Positions 53,173 to 61,462 of a stretch of DNA of 64,000 bases are shown here, piece by piece (position 1 is the first letter of the stretch; every line of letters begins with the position of its first letter). Location of the stretch: contig CAYUSO010000006.1 of the NCBI GenBank assembly GCA_964447395.1, forward strand, positions 10,154-74,153, in the 5' to 3' direction. The notes below the pieces were generated by a model. That model was given only the letters and a program-made list of their open reading frames with translations, was not told the origin of the DNA and did no database searches. The position numbers were made by a program, and so were the translations under genes. Origin of the DNA: an uncultured Rhizobium sp. GTDB lineage: Bacteria > Pseudomonadota > Alphaproteobacteria > Rickettsiales > UBA1997.

Positions 53173-54009
53173 ATGAAGCGAAACCAAATTTATAAGATCA
53201 CATTTTTATTGCTTAGCTTGCTCTTGCCATCGCATCTTCTTGCTCAAAATACTGATAATTTTTCTGAAAAAAATTTGCCCGACAATTCTCCCAAAGCGCC
53301 AAATAAAAATGAAAAATCTGAGGTTAAAGCGAGCGATTTAATACCAGCTACGAATCAAATAAAAAATTCTCTCGAATCAATCCTGCTCAATAAAAAAGCC
53401 ACTTCCTTGATGTTTGATGATGAGCAAAATGACAATATCGATCGCGCCATTGAGTCGCTAAAAAATAATCAGCTTTTTATTCCGGAAGATGGTTTGAAAA
53501 ATGGTGATTCAGATAAAAATTTAACCGAGGAAGAGAAAAAGAAAAAAGCTGAAGAGGCGAAAAACAAAGAGGATGAGAAAAAATCCGAAGAAAATGAAAA
53601 ATCCTACATCTATCTCGCATCCATAATTTACTTCACTCCGAGTGATTGGGTTTTATGGATTAATGATCAAAAAATCACCTCGGAAACCAATGGCAAAAAC
53701 AAAGAGATCTACGTGAAAGCGATAAAAAGAGATAGCGCAAAACTCCTGTGGAGGATGAGTGTCAGTAAGTGGAAAATTCTCTCCGGTCGCCAATCTGAGG
53801 AATTTGCTCCAAAAATTAACAAGGATAATCAAGTAGAAGTTGAGTTCGAGTTACATCCAAATCAAACCTTCATTCTTAGCACTGCGAATGTGGTCGAAGG
53901 TCGTGCTGTTATTGCTTTGCTGAAAAAAAGAGAAGAAGAAAAAAAGGCAAAAGCTGCGGAAGCTGCAAAAGGGATAAGAAAAACCAGCGATGAGAAACCA
54001 ACTCAATAA
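53173..54009 (+). CDS. secreted protein with K/E-rich linker and beta-rich C-domain, candidate PilP/GspC-HR-like
   Basis: 278 aa. Signal peptide ITFLLLSLLLPSHLLA, a charged low-complexity tract (EEEKKKKAEEAKNKEDEKKSEENEK), and a C-terminal beta domain (IYLASIIYFTPSDWVLWINDQKI...). Confidence 0.35.
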   Translation: MKRNQIYKITFLLLSLLLPSHLLAQNTDNFSEKNLPDNSPKAPNKNEKSEVKASDLIPATNQIKNSLESILLNKKATSLMFDDEQNDNIDRAIESLKNNQLFIPEDGLKNGDSDKNLTEEEKKKKAEEAKNKEDEKKSEENEKSYIYLASIIYFTPSDWVLWINDQKITSETNGKNKEIYVKAIKRDSAKLLWRMSVSKWKILSGRQSEEFAPKINKDNQVEVEFELHPNQTFILSTANVVEGRAVIALLKKREEEKKAKAAEAAKGIRKTSDEKPTQ

Positions 54010-54476
54010 CGCTTCAAATTGTGGAAATGACAGATCGCAATTGCCAAAGCATCGGCTTCGTCTTCAGTTTTAAAATTCGCTTTCGGCAGCAAAATTTTTA
54101 CCATCGCCTGAATTTGTTCTTTCTCCGCGCGCCCTACTCCCACAACGGCTTTCTTCACCGCTGTCGCAGAATATTCCGCAACTTTTAAACCACATAATCC
54201 CAAAGTTAAAATTAGCGCCCCTCTTGCATGCCCTAACTTGAGGGACGAAATGGGATTTTTATTTACAAAAGTTTCTTCGATTGCCGCTTCGTGAGGTTGA
54301 TGAATTTTTATAATTTCAGCAAGAGATTGGTAAAAGTGCTGCAACCTTGTCGCAAGGGGCTCGGAAGGCGAAGAATAAATCGTTTCCGACGCCACAAACG
54401 ACAAGGAATTATTTTTTATCTCGATAATTCCGACACCGGTTTTCGTCAGACCTGGATCAATACCGATGATTTTCAT
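54003..54476 (-). CDS. ruvC: crossover junction endodeoxyribonuclease RuvC
   Basis: 157 aa. IIGIDPGLTKTGVGII with the catalytic Asp, and EDEADALAIAICH. Confidence 0.95.
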   Translation of the reverse strand: MKIIGIDPGLTKTGVGIIEIKNNSLSFVASETIYSSPSEPLATRLQHFYQSLAEIIKIHQPHEAAIEETFVNKNPISSLKLGHARGALILTLGLCGLKVAEYSATAVKKAVVGVGRAEKEQIQAMVKILLPKANFKTEDEADALAIAICHFHNLKRY

Positions 54477-54485
54477 TTCAGCAGT

Positions 54486-56642
54486 TTAGTAAAATTTTTG
54501 ATTATTTTTCGCCATTTCAAGCAGCAAATTACTCACCTCAAAACGCTTGCCGTGTTTTTGATTTAGCTCTTGTAATTTATTCACAACTTCCGCAATTCCG
54601 CGCGAATCGGCATAGCGTAAAACCCCGCCACGAAAGGCTGGAAAGCCCGTTCCCATAATCATCGCCATGTCGAGATAACGTGCGTTTTTGACGACATTTT
54701 CTTCCAAACATTTCGCCGCCTCATTGACCATTGTTAAAATGCAGCGATCGAGAATTTCTTGATCTTGAATAAAAATTTCGTGGATATTTTTTTCCTTACG
54801 CACCGCAGATAAAATCTCCGCAATAGCAGGATTCACATAGCTTTGTGTCGCGTGAATATAAAAACCTTTTCCGACTTTTTTCCCCAAAAGCTCTTTGTGA
54901 TTTTTGTAAATTTCTTCGAGAATATCCGCGACTTTCATGCGTTCGCCATAACTTTCAAAAAGCGAATGCGCCACTTTCACGCCAACATCAACACCAACTA
55001 CATCCGCTAGAATAAAGGGTCCCATCGGCATACCAAATTTTTCGATCAAGGTATCGATGCGTTTTATTTCCGCGCCTTCTTGCAGCAAATAAGCGGCTTC
55101 ATTCATATAAGGCAGAAGAATTCGATTTACTAAAAATCCTGCAACATCCTTTACCACGATTGGAGTTTTGCCGAGTTTTTTTGAAAGCTTGACGATTGTT
55201 GCAATTGTCGAATCAGAAGTTTTTTCGCCACGAATTACTTCCACCAAAGGCATGCGATTTACCGGATTAAAAAAATGCATACCAGCGAAGCGCTCAGGAT
55301 TTTCTAGGGCATGCGCCATTTCAGAAATTGAAAGCGAAGAAGTGTTGGAAGCGATAACGGCATTTTTTTGTACGAATTTTTCACTCTCCGCCAAAATATT
55401 TTTTTTCACCGCCATATTTTCGACAACCGCTTCAACGATAATTTCAGCCTTGTCGAAACCAGCAAAATCAAGGCCTGCGCTCACATTGGCGATTTTCATA
55501 TTCGCCTGCTCTGGCGAAATTTTTCTAATTTTTTTGAGCTGATTAAAAATTTTTACGATCTGATTATAACCAAGCGCAATGGCATTTTGCGTGATGTCTT
55601 TGATGCGAATATTGATGTTGTTATTGGCGAAAAGCCAAGCGATTCCGCCGCCCATAACGCCAGCGCCGATAAGTGCGGCGTTTTTTATTTCAGAAACTGC
55701 GATGTCATTTTCAATTCCTGAATCTTTTTTCAGCGCCTCGTTAGTGAAGAAAATTTCGATTAAATTTTTTGAAATATCGCCGACGCAAAGCTCACAAAAT
55801 GCTTCGAGTTCAGTTTTGAATCCTCGAGTTCCGTAAGTCATTCCGTAAGTGCGTTTAATAACCTCCAGAGCCACGAATGGCGCGGGATATTGACCTTTGG
55901 TTTTTTCGTATAAATCTCTATGTGCGAGATAAAAAATAACGAATTTTCCAAGCAAAAGAGTTTCAAAAATGAAGCGTTTTTTCTTCGCCTCATTGCGCTT
56001 CGTTAAATAAATATTTTTTTCACCACTTTTCAAAATTTCGCTGACGAAATGTCCGAGCTTTTCTTCCAGAAATTCTTCGCGAATGAGATCGTCTACAAGC
56101 CCGATTTTAAAGGCTTTCTTAGTATCAATCGCCTTTCCCGAAAGAATAATTTTTAGCGATTCCTGCAGGCCGATTAATTTCGGCAAACGTTGCGTTCCTC
56201 CAAAGCCCGGAATAATTCCGAGATTAACTTCAGGAAGGCCGAGAGAGGTTTTTGAATTGACAATTCCAACGCGATATTTGCATGCCAAAGCCAATTCCAA
56301 ACCGCCACCGAGACAGGCGCCGTTTATCACCGCGATGGTTGGAATTTTTAGCGCAGCAATTTTATTCATAATTTCTTGGCCGCGAGAAACTTTGGCAAAA
56401 GCGTCTTTCGGATCGCGCAAATCCTTGATTTCATTGATGTCAGCGCCAGCAATGAAAATATCTTTTTTTGTTGAAGTGATGAGTAAAACTCGAATCGCCT
56501 TATTACCATCAATCACATTCAATGCTTTCTCAAGCTCTGCCATTATTGGCGCGGATAGCTTGTTCACTTTTTCGTTTTGCAAATCAAAAACTAAATTTGC
56601 GACGCCATTTTTTTCGATGGTAAGGGCAAGAGAATTGGTCAT
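54486..56642 (-). CDS. fatty-acid oxidation multifunctional protein (enoyl-CoA hydratase / 3-hydroxyacyl-CoA dehydrogenase, FadB/FadJ-like)
   Basis: 718 aa. N-terminal crotonase fold (FIAGADINEI, INGACLGGGLELALAC) and a central NAD-binding 3-HCDH domain (AALIGAGVMGGGIA). Confidence 0.92.
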   Translation of the reverse strand: MTNSLALTIEKNGVANLVFDLQNEKVNKLSAPIMAELEKALNVIDGNKAIRVLLITSTKKDIFIAGADINEIKDLRDPKDAFAKVSRGQEIMNKIAALKIPTIAVINGACLGGGLELALACKYRVGIVNSKTSLGLPEVNLGIIPGFGGTQRLPKLIGLQESLKIILSGKAIDTKKAFKIGLVDDLIREEFLEEKLGHFVSEILKSGEKNIYLTKRNEAKKKRFIFETLLLGKFVIFYLAHRDLYEKTKGQYPAPFVALEVIKRTYGMTYGTRGFKTELEAFCELCVGDISKNLIEIFFTNEALKKDSGIENDIAVSEIKNAALIGAGVMGGGIAWLFANNNINIRIKDITQNAIALGYNQIVKIFNQLKKIRKISPEQANMKIANVSAGLDFAGFDKAEIIVEAVVENMAVKKNILAESEKFVQKNAVIASNTSSLSISEMAHALENPERFAGMHFFNPVNRMPLVEVIRGEKTSDSTIATIVKLSKKLGKTPIVVKDVAGFLVNRILLPYMNEAAYLLQEGAEIKRIDTLIEKFGMPMGPFILADVVGVDVGVKVAHSLFESYGERMKVADILEEIYKNHKELLGKKVGKGFYIHATQSYVNPAIAEILSAVRKEKNIHEIFIQDQEILDRCILTMVNEAAKCLEENVVKNARYLDMAMIMGTGFPAFRGGVLRYADSRGIAEVVNKLQELNQKHGKRFEVSNLLLEMAKNNQKFY

Positions 56643-56643
56643 T

Positions 56644-57585
56644 TTAATGTGCTAAAAATTTTTCAATTTCGAGTGCGGCCATACAGCCAGTTCCAGCAGC
56701 AGTAATGGCTTGGCGATAGATTTTGTCCTGAATGTCACCAGCAGCGTAAACGCCAGGGATGTTGGTGGCTGTAGAGCCTGACTTAGTTTTGACATAGCCT
56801 TCAGCGTCAATTTCAAGGCCGCTATTTTTAAATAAATCGGAATTTGGTTTATGGCCTATAGCGATAAAAATTCCGTCGATTTTCATTTCGAGAATCTCGC
56901 CTGAAACTGTGTTTTTCAAGCGCGCGCCGGTGACGGAATTTGGATTTTCTGATCCTAAAACTTCATCCAAAGCATGATTCCAAATCACTTCGATTTTTGG
57001 ATTTTTGAAGAGACGATCTTGCAGAATTTTTTCCGATTTAAATTTATCGCGACGATGCACAACGTAAACTTTTTTAGCGTGATTGGTTAAATAAAGAGCT
57101 TCTTCAACCGCGCTATTTCCGCCGCCAACAACGATCACTTCTTTGCCGCGAAAGAAAAATCCATCGCAAGTTGCACATCCCGAAACGCCAAAACCTTGGA
57201 ATTTTTTTTCAGATGGAAGACCGAGCCATTTCGCTTGCGCGCCAGTTGCAATCACAACTGCCTCAGCTTCAAAAACATCTCCCGATTCGCCAGTTAAAAC
57301 GAAGGGGCGCTTAGAAAAATCAACTTGCTTGATGTGATCGTGAAAAATTTTCGTACCAACATGCACCGCCTGCTTTTCCATTTGCTCCACTAACCACGGG
57401 CCTTGAATGGCCTCGGCAAATCCTGGATAATTTTCAACATCGGTTGTGATTGTGAGTTGTCCACCAGGAGAATTTCCGTTAATGATGATTGGCTCAAGAT
57501 TAGCGCGCGCAGCGTAAATTGCGGCGGTATAGCCTGCTGGACCTGAGCCGATAATTGCTACTTTTGTTTTGTGAGTTGTTGTCAT
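56644..57585 (-). CDS. trxB: thioredoxin-disulfide reductase
   Basis: 313 aa. IIGSGPAGYTAAIYAAR, redox-active CATCDG, VVGGGNSAVEEA. Confidence 0.96.
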   Translation of the reverse strand: MTTTHKTKVAIIGSGPAGYTAAIYAARANLEPIIINGNSPGGQLTITTDVENYPGFAEAIQGPWLVEQMEKQAVHVGTKIFHDHIKQVDFSKRPFVLTGESGDVFEAEAVVIATGAQAKWLGLPSEKKFQGFGVSGCATCDGFFFRGKEVIVVGGGNSAVEEALYLTNHAKKVYVVHRRDKFKSEKILQDRLFKNPKIEVIWNHALDEVLGSENPNSVTGARLKNTVSGEILEMKIDGIFIAIGHKPNSDLFKNSGLEIDAEGYVKTKSGSTATNIPGVYAAGDIQDKIYRQAITAAGTGCMAALEIEKFLAH

Positions 57586-57620
57586 TAAAATATAAAAGTT
57601 AGTTCTCTGATTAAAGAAAC

Positions 57621-57688
57621 TAGTTCCCCGAGCGGAGTCGAGGGGTTAAGAGTTTGCTTTCTTACCCCTCGACTCCGCTCGGGGAACT
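57621..57688. repeat. Family A palindromic element, copy A7
   Basis: tagttccccgagcggagtcgagggg at 57621-57645 and cccctcgactccgctcggggaact at 57665-57688. These are perfect 24-nt arms with a 19-nt spacer. Confidence 0.92.
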
Positions 57689-57694
57689 CAAATA

Positions 57695-58435
57695 TTAATT
57701 CATAAACATCCCGCCGTTAATATGCAGTGTATGTCCTGTGATGTAGCTCGCATCTTCGCTCGCCAAAAAAGCTACGCCCTTCGCGATGTCGGCCGCCTCG
57801 CCCATTTTCCCTGCAGGAATTTTTGCTAAAATTCCTTCTCTTTGTTGTTCGTTTAAAACATCAGTCATCGGGCTTTCAATGAAGCCAGGCGCAACGCAAT
57901 TGATGGTGATGCCGCGTGAAGCAACTTCTTGCGCCATTGATTTACTCATACCAATCATTCCCGCTTTTGAGGCGACGTAATTGCATTGACCCGGATTTCC
58001 CGTCACGCCAACAACCGAAGCGATGTTGATGATGCGGCCATATTTTCGGCGCATCATTTTTTTGATGGCGTTGCGATTTAGAATGAAAGTTGATTTGAGA
58101 TTCACATCAATCACGTGATTAAAATCTTCGTCTTTCATGCGTAAAACCAGGTTGTCTTTGGTGATTCCAGCATTGCAAACGAGAATATCAATTTGTCCTC
58201 CCGCAAGCTCTTCAGCCTTATCAAACAAGGCCTCAACCGCAACGACATCGGATAAATTACAGGCGACATATTTCACATCTCCGCCGATTTGCGCTGCTAA
58301 TTCCTGAAGCTTTTCTTCTTTGGTTGAAGATAAAACCAACTTAGCGCCTTGAGCTGCTAAAGCCTTGGCAATCGCAGCTCCGATGCCACCTGTTGCGCCT
58401 GTCACTAATGCATTTTTTCCTGTAAGTCTGAACAT
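57695..58435 (-). CDS. fabG: 3-oxoacyl-[acyl-carrier-protein] reductase
   Basis: 246 aa. ALVTGATGGIGAAIA and catalytic YVASKAG. Confidence 0.93.
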   Translation of the reverse strand: MFRLTGKNALVTGATGGIGAAIAKALAAQGAKLVLSSTKEEKLQELAAQIGGDVKYVACNLSDVVAVEALFDKAEELAGGQIDILVCNAGITKDNLVLRMKDEDFNHVIDVNLKSTFILNRNAIKKMMRRKYGRIINIASVVGVTGNPGQCNYVASKAGMIGMSKSMAQEVASRGITINCVAPGFIESPMTDVLNEQQREGILAKIPAGKMGEAADIAKGVAFLASEDASYITGHTLHINGGMFMN

Positions 58436-58458
58436 ATTTTTAAAGTTTTGGTTAAGGA

Positions 58459-59169
58459 TTATTTATCGATAATATCGATAAGATGGTTCATTTTTTCGAT
58501 GTCTTTTTTGTTGTAGCCAGCATCTATATCACTTTTATCAAGCTGCTCTGACATTGCCTCTTCGGCTTTTTCTTCAATCACTTCATCAATTTTTTTATCA
58601 AGCACTTCTTTGGAATTTGGTACGACGCGATCGAGATTTTCTGTCGCAGCATCGAAGAATTTTTTCACTAAAGGATCGAGCGTTTCGCCGGAGAATTTTA
58701 GCAAGCTATAACATTTCGCGTCTCTCAGCCAATCTGGAGTTTTTACGCCGCCTTCTTTGAGCTTTCCGCCGAGCAAAAATCCGTAAAGCGTGAAATAAAG
58801 CGAATAGATAAAGCCGCAAATAATCAGAGTTTTAACGAAACCAAAAAGCACACCGAGCGAGCAATCAAACATTTTCGGCATTTTCTTTTTTAGCGTGTCG
58901 CAAAGATTGGCGGTTGACATCGCAGTAGTGAAGAAAACCAAAATGAAAATTATGCTTCGCATCGAAATATCGACGACGAGTTTATTTTTAAAATATTTCG
59001 AAGCCAACTCTGCGGCATAAGGAGCGAGGAGATAAGAGAGAGTAAGAGCGACGATCCAGTTAAATAGCGCAAAAATTTCCTTCACAAAACCGCGAAAAAA
59101 CGCGGTAAGCACGAAAATTATGGTGAAGGTGATGAAGATTAAATCGAGAATATTGAAGGTTGTGGACAT
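58459..59169 (-). CDS. cvpA: CvpA family membrane protein
   Basis: 236 aa. The N-terminal FNILDLIFITFTIIFVLTAFFRGFVKEIFALFNWIVAL is typical of colicin V production protein family members. Confidence 0.8.
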   Translation of the reverse strand: MSTTFNILDLIFITFTIIFVLTAFFRGFVKEIFALFNWIVALTLSYLLAPYAAELASKYFKNKLVVDISMRSIIFILVFFTTAMSTANLCDTLKKKMPKMFDCSLGVLFGFVKTLIICGFIYSLYFTLYGFLLGGKLKEGGVKTPDWLRDAKCYSLLKFSGETLDPLVKKFFDAATENLDRVVPNSKEVLDKKIDEVIEEKAEEAMSEQLDKSDIDAGYNKKDIEKMNHLIDIIDK

Positions 59170-59188
59170 AGTTTAAATTTTTTTGGCT

Positions 59189-59280
59189 TAGCTCCCCGAG
59201 CGGAGTCGAGGGGTTCGCGAGTAAAACTCAAATCCCCTCGACTCCGCTCGGGGAACTGAGGTGATGTCGGAGAGCTGAGG
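59189..59280. repeat. Family A palindromic element, copy A8
   Basis: tagctccccgagcggagtcgagggg at 59189-59213 and cccctcgactccgctcggggaactgag at 59234-59260. An extra partial sub-repeat gagctgagg lies at 59272-59280. Confidence 0.9.
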
Positions 59281-59303
59281 TCGCAGGAATTTGAATACAG
59301 GCT

Positions 59304-59996
59304 CTAGGTAAATAAACGGAAAAATGGTAAATTCTTTATGATTTTTTTTGGGGATTTTGGCGAGCCTTTTTCATCTAAAAAAAATTCGTTAAAAACTTTT
59401 TTTACATGCGCTTTGCGTTGAGCGAATTTCATCACTTTTTCAATTTCTGAATCAATAAAATTTTTGGTTTTCTCGAAATCATTTTTCAAAAAAACTCGCG
59501 TTGTGCGAAAAATAATTTTTCCGAGAGTTAGTCTTTTTGTGTAAAAATTAAAATCGGTTGATTGGTCGTTAATTTCTTTCCAAATAAAATCGGCGATTTT
59601 GTAAGAGGCTTTCATGCCTTGAATTGCAGGCCTCAGGCCAGTTTCAAAAGATATAAGATTTTTTGGATTAAGGTAAAAATTGATCAATCTCTGCAAAGCA
59701 ATTTTGTTGTTTTTCTCAACTTCAAATCTGGCATAAAGCGCGAGACGGATTTTATCGCGAATCTTTTTTTCGCTTAAATCCTCCAAAATTTCTGTCGATT
59801 TTTTGTTTTGCGATTCGATGTAAAATTCAGCCAAATCAAGCAGGCCATTTTCGAAAATTAAACTGGAAGAATTTTCGCTAATTCCACAATTAGAAAGAGC
59901 CTTTAGAAGCGCTTCTTTGCTCCATCCGTCAAAGGTACAGATTTGGAGAAATTCGGCTAAAATTTTTTGCTTAGTTTCGGGAGAGTCGAGGAGCAT
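59304..59996 (-). CDS. COQ9-like / RpsU-divergently-transcribed family protein
   Basis: 230 aa. An N-terminal TetR-like helical segment (KQKILAEFLQICTFDGWSKEALLKA) and an overall helical layout as in alphaproteobacterial COQ9 homologs. Assigned from recollection of the family. Confidence 0.6.
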   Translation of the reverse strand: MLLDSPETKQKILAEFLQICTFDGWSKEALLKALSNCGISENSSSLIFENGLLDLAEFYIESQNKKSTEILEDLSEKKIRDKIRLALYARFEVEKNNKIALQRLINFYLNPKNLISFETGLRPAIQGMKASYKIADFIWKEINDQSTDFNFYTKRLTLGKIIFRTTRVFLKNDFEKTKNFIDSEIEKVMKFAQRKAHVKKVFNEFFLDEKGSPKSPKKIIKNLPFFRLFT

Positions 59997-60004
59997 GAAA
60001 AAAT

Positions 60005-60161
60005 AATTACGATTTAGGATTTAGGATTTACGATTTTTTATGGCGGTTATCACTGCAGATGGAGACAGATCCAGAAACAAGTTCGGGATCTGTCTTTAAA
60101 TCACGAGATTAACAACAATCAGCTTACTAAACCCCAAATCATAAATCGTAAATCGTAAATT
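60005..60161. repeat. Heptamer-tract palindrome E1 (CGATTTA/TAAATCG repeats), filling the COQ9-like|argD divergent spacer
   Basis: Left arm aattacgatttaggatttaggatttacgatttt at 60005-60037. Right arm aaatcataaatcgtaaatcgtaaatt at 60136-60161. The ~100-nt interior contains D2. Confidence 0.88.
60063..60095. repeat. Family D hairpin element, copy D2 (nested inside E1)
   Basis: agacagatccagaaacaagttcgggatctgtct. This forms a 14-bp stem with one mismatch and a 5-nt loop. Confidence 0.88.
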
Positions 60162-60162
60162 C

Positions 60163-61338
60163 ATGACCACCTCAACAAAGCTTCTTCCGGTTCACAAACG
60201 TTTCGACATCACCTTCTCTCATGGCGAAGGAGTTTATCTCTATTCTGATGGCAAGAAATATCTCGATTTTGGTGCTGGTATCGCAGTGAACGCTTTAGGA
60301 CATTGTCACCCGAAAATGGTAGAAGCCATCACCACGCAAGCAAAAAAATTGTGGCATGTTTCTAACATTTACAACGTCAACGAGCTCAATGTTTATGCGG
60401 ATAAATTGGTTGCTGCAACTTTTGCCGATTACGTATTTTTCTGTAATTCCGGCGCCGAAAGTTTGGAATGCGCAATCAAAATGATTCGTCGCCATTTTTA
60501 CTGCAAAAGTCAGCCGCAAAAAAATCGCATCATCACTTTCACTGGCGCATTTCACGGCAGAACTCTCGGCACAATTTCCGCCGCAGCAAAAAAGAAATAT
60601 CTCGAAGGTTTTGAGCCCGCAGTTCCTGGTTTTGACAATGTTGAATTTGGCAATATCGAAGCGGTAAAAAATGCAATCACCGAAAACACTGCCGGCATTC
60701 TGATTGAACCAATTCAAGGTGAGGAAGGAATTCGCGTTTCTGACAAAAAATTCATTCAAGAATTACGCAAAATCTGCGACGAAAAAAATCTGCTATTAGC
60801 TTTTGATGAGGTACAATGCGGCATGGGGCGCACTGGCTATCTTTTTGCTTACGAATTTTACGGCGTAAAACCAGACATCATTGCCACCGCCAAAGCCATC
60901 GCTGGCGGCTTTCCTCTTGGCGCATGCCTTGCCACAAAAGATGCGGCGAGCGGCATGACTCTAGGAGTTCACGGCACAACTTACGGCGGAAATCCGCTAG
61001 CAATGGCCGTCGCAAATTCAGTTTTGGATGTAATTTTGGAAAAAGATTTTCTGCCTCGCGCCAGAAAAATCGCCGAGGAATTGAAAAGCGAATTGCAAAA
61101 TCTACAAAAAAAATTCCCCGATAAAATTGAAGAAATTCGCGGCGTTGGATTGATGCTTGGCGTGAAATTTAATCAAAAAATCGACAATAATGAAATGGTG
61201 AAGAAATTCATCGAGAATGGCTTGCTGACTATTCCGGCTGGCGAAAATGTAATCCGAATTTTACCACCGCTAGTGATTACTTCAGAACATGTGAAAGAGG
61301 CGATTGAGAAGATGGAGATGGCTCTGAGCGCTGCTTAA
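60163..61338 (+). CDS. argD: acetylornithine aminotransferase (class III PLP aminotransferase)
   Basis: 391 aa. ALGHCHP, DEVQCGMGRTG, and KAIAGGFPLGA with the PLP lysine. Confidence 0.9.
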   Translation: MTTSTKLLPVHKRFDITFSHGEGVYLYSDGKKYLDFGAGIAVNALGHCHPKMVEAITTQAKKLWHVSNIYNVNELNVYADKLVAATFADYVFFCNSGAESLECAIKMIRRHFYCKSQPQKNRIITFTGAFHGRTLGTISAAAKKKYLEGFEPAVPGFDNVEFGNIEAVKNAITENTAGILIEPIQGEEGIRVSDKKFIQELRKICDEKNLLLAFDEVQCGMGRTGYLFAYEFYGVKPDIIATAKAIAGGFPLGACLATKDAASGMTLGVHGTTYGGNPLAMAVANSVLDVILEKDFLPRARKIAEELKSELQNLQKKFPDKIEEIRGVGLMLGVKFNQKIDNNEMVKKFIENGLLTIPAGENVIRILPPLVITSEHVKEAIEKMEMALSAA

Positions 61339-61395
61339 AAGGTCTGAAAATTTTAGCAAAACAGCGTTAAATCTGGGGCGCTCTTGGGGCGCAAA

Positions 61396-61425
61396 TAGAT
61401 CCCGAAACAAGTTCGGGATCTGTCT
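61396..61425. repeat. Family D hairpin element, copy D3
   Basis: tagatcccgaaacaagttcgggatctgtct, lying between the convergent argD and the PopZ-like gene. Confidence 0.85.
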
Positions 61426-61462
61426 TCGCGAATCACAAAATCCAGAAATTTAAAAACTAAAA

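Noticed and set aside
61396-61425. D3 hairpin as a bidirectional intrinsic terminator between argD and the PopZ-like gene
   Set aside because: The stem is strong, but neither side has a proper U-tract. The same hairpin also occurs between divergent genes (D2) and in a 5' region (D1). It is better treated as a repeat family. A terminator role is not excluded, but it is not supported either.
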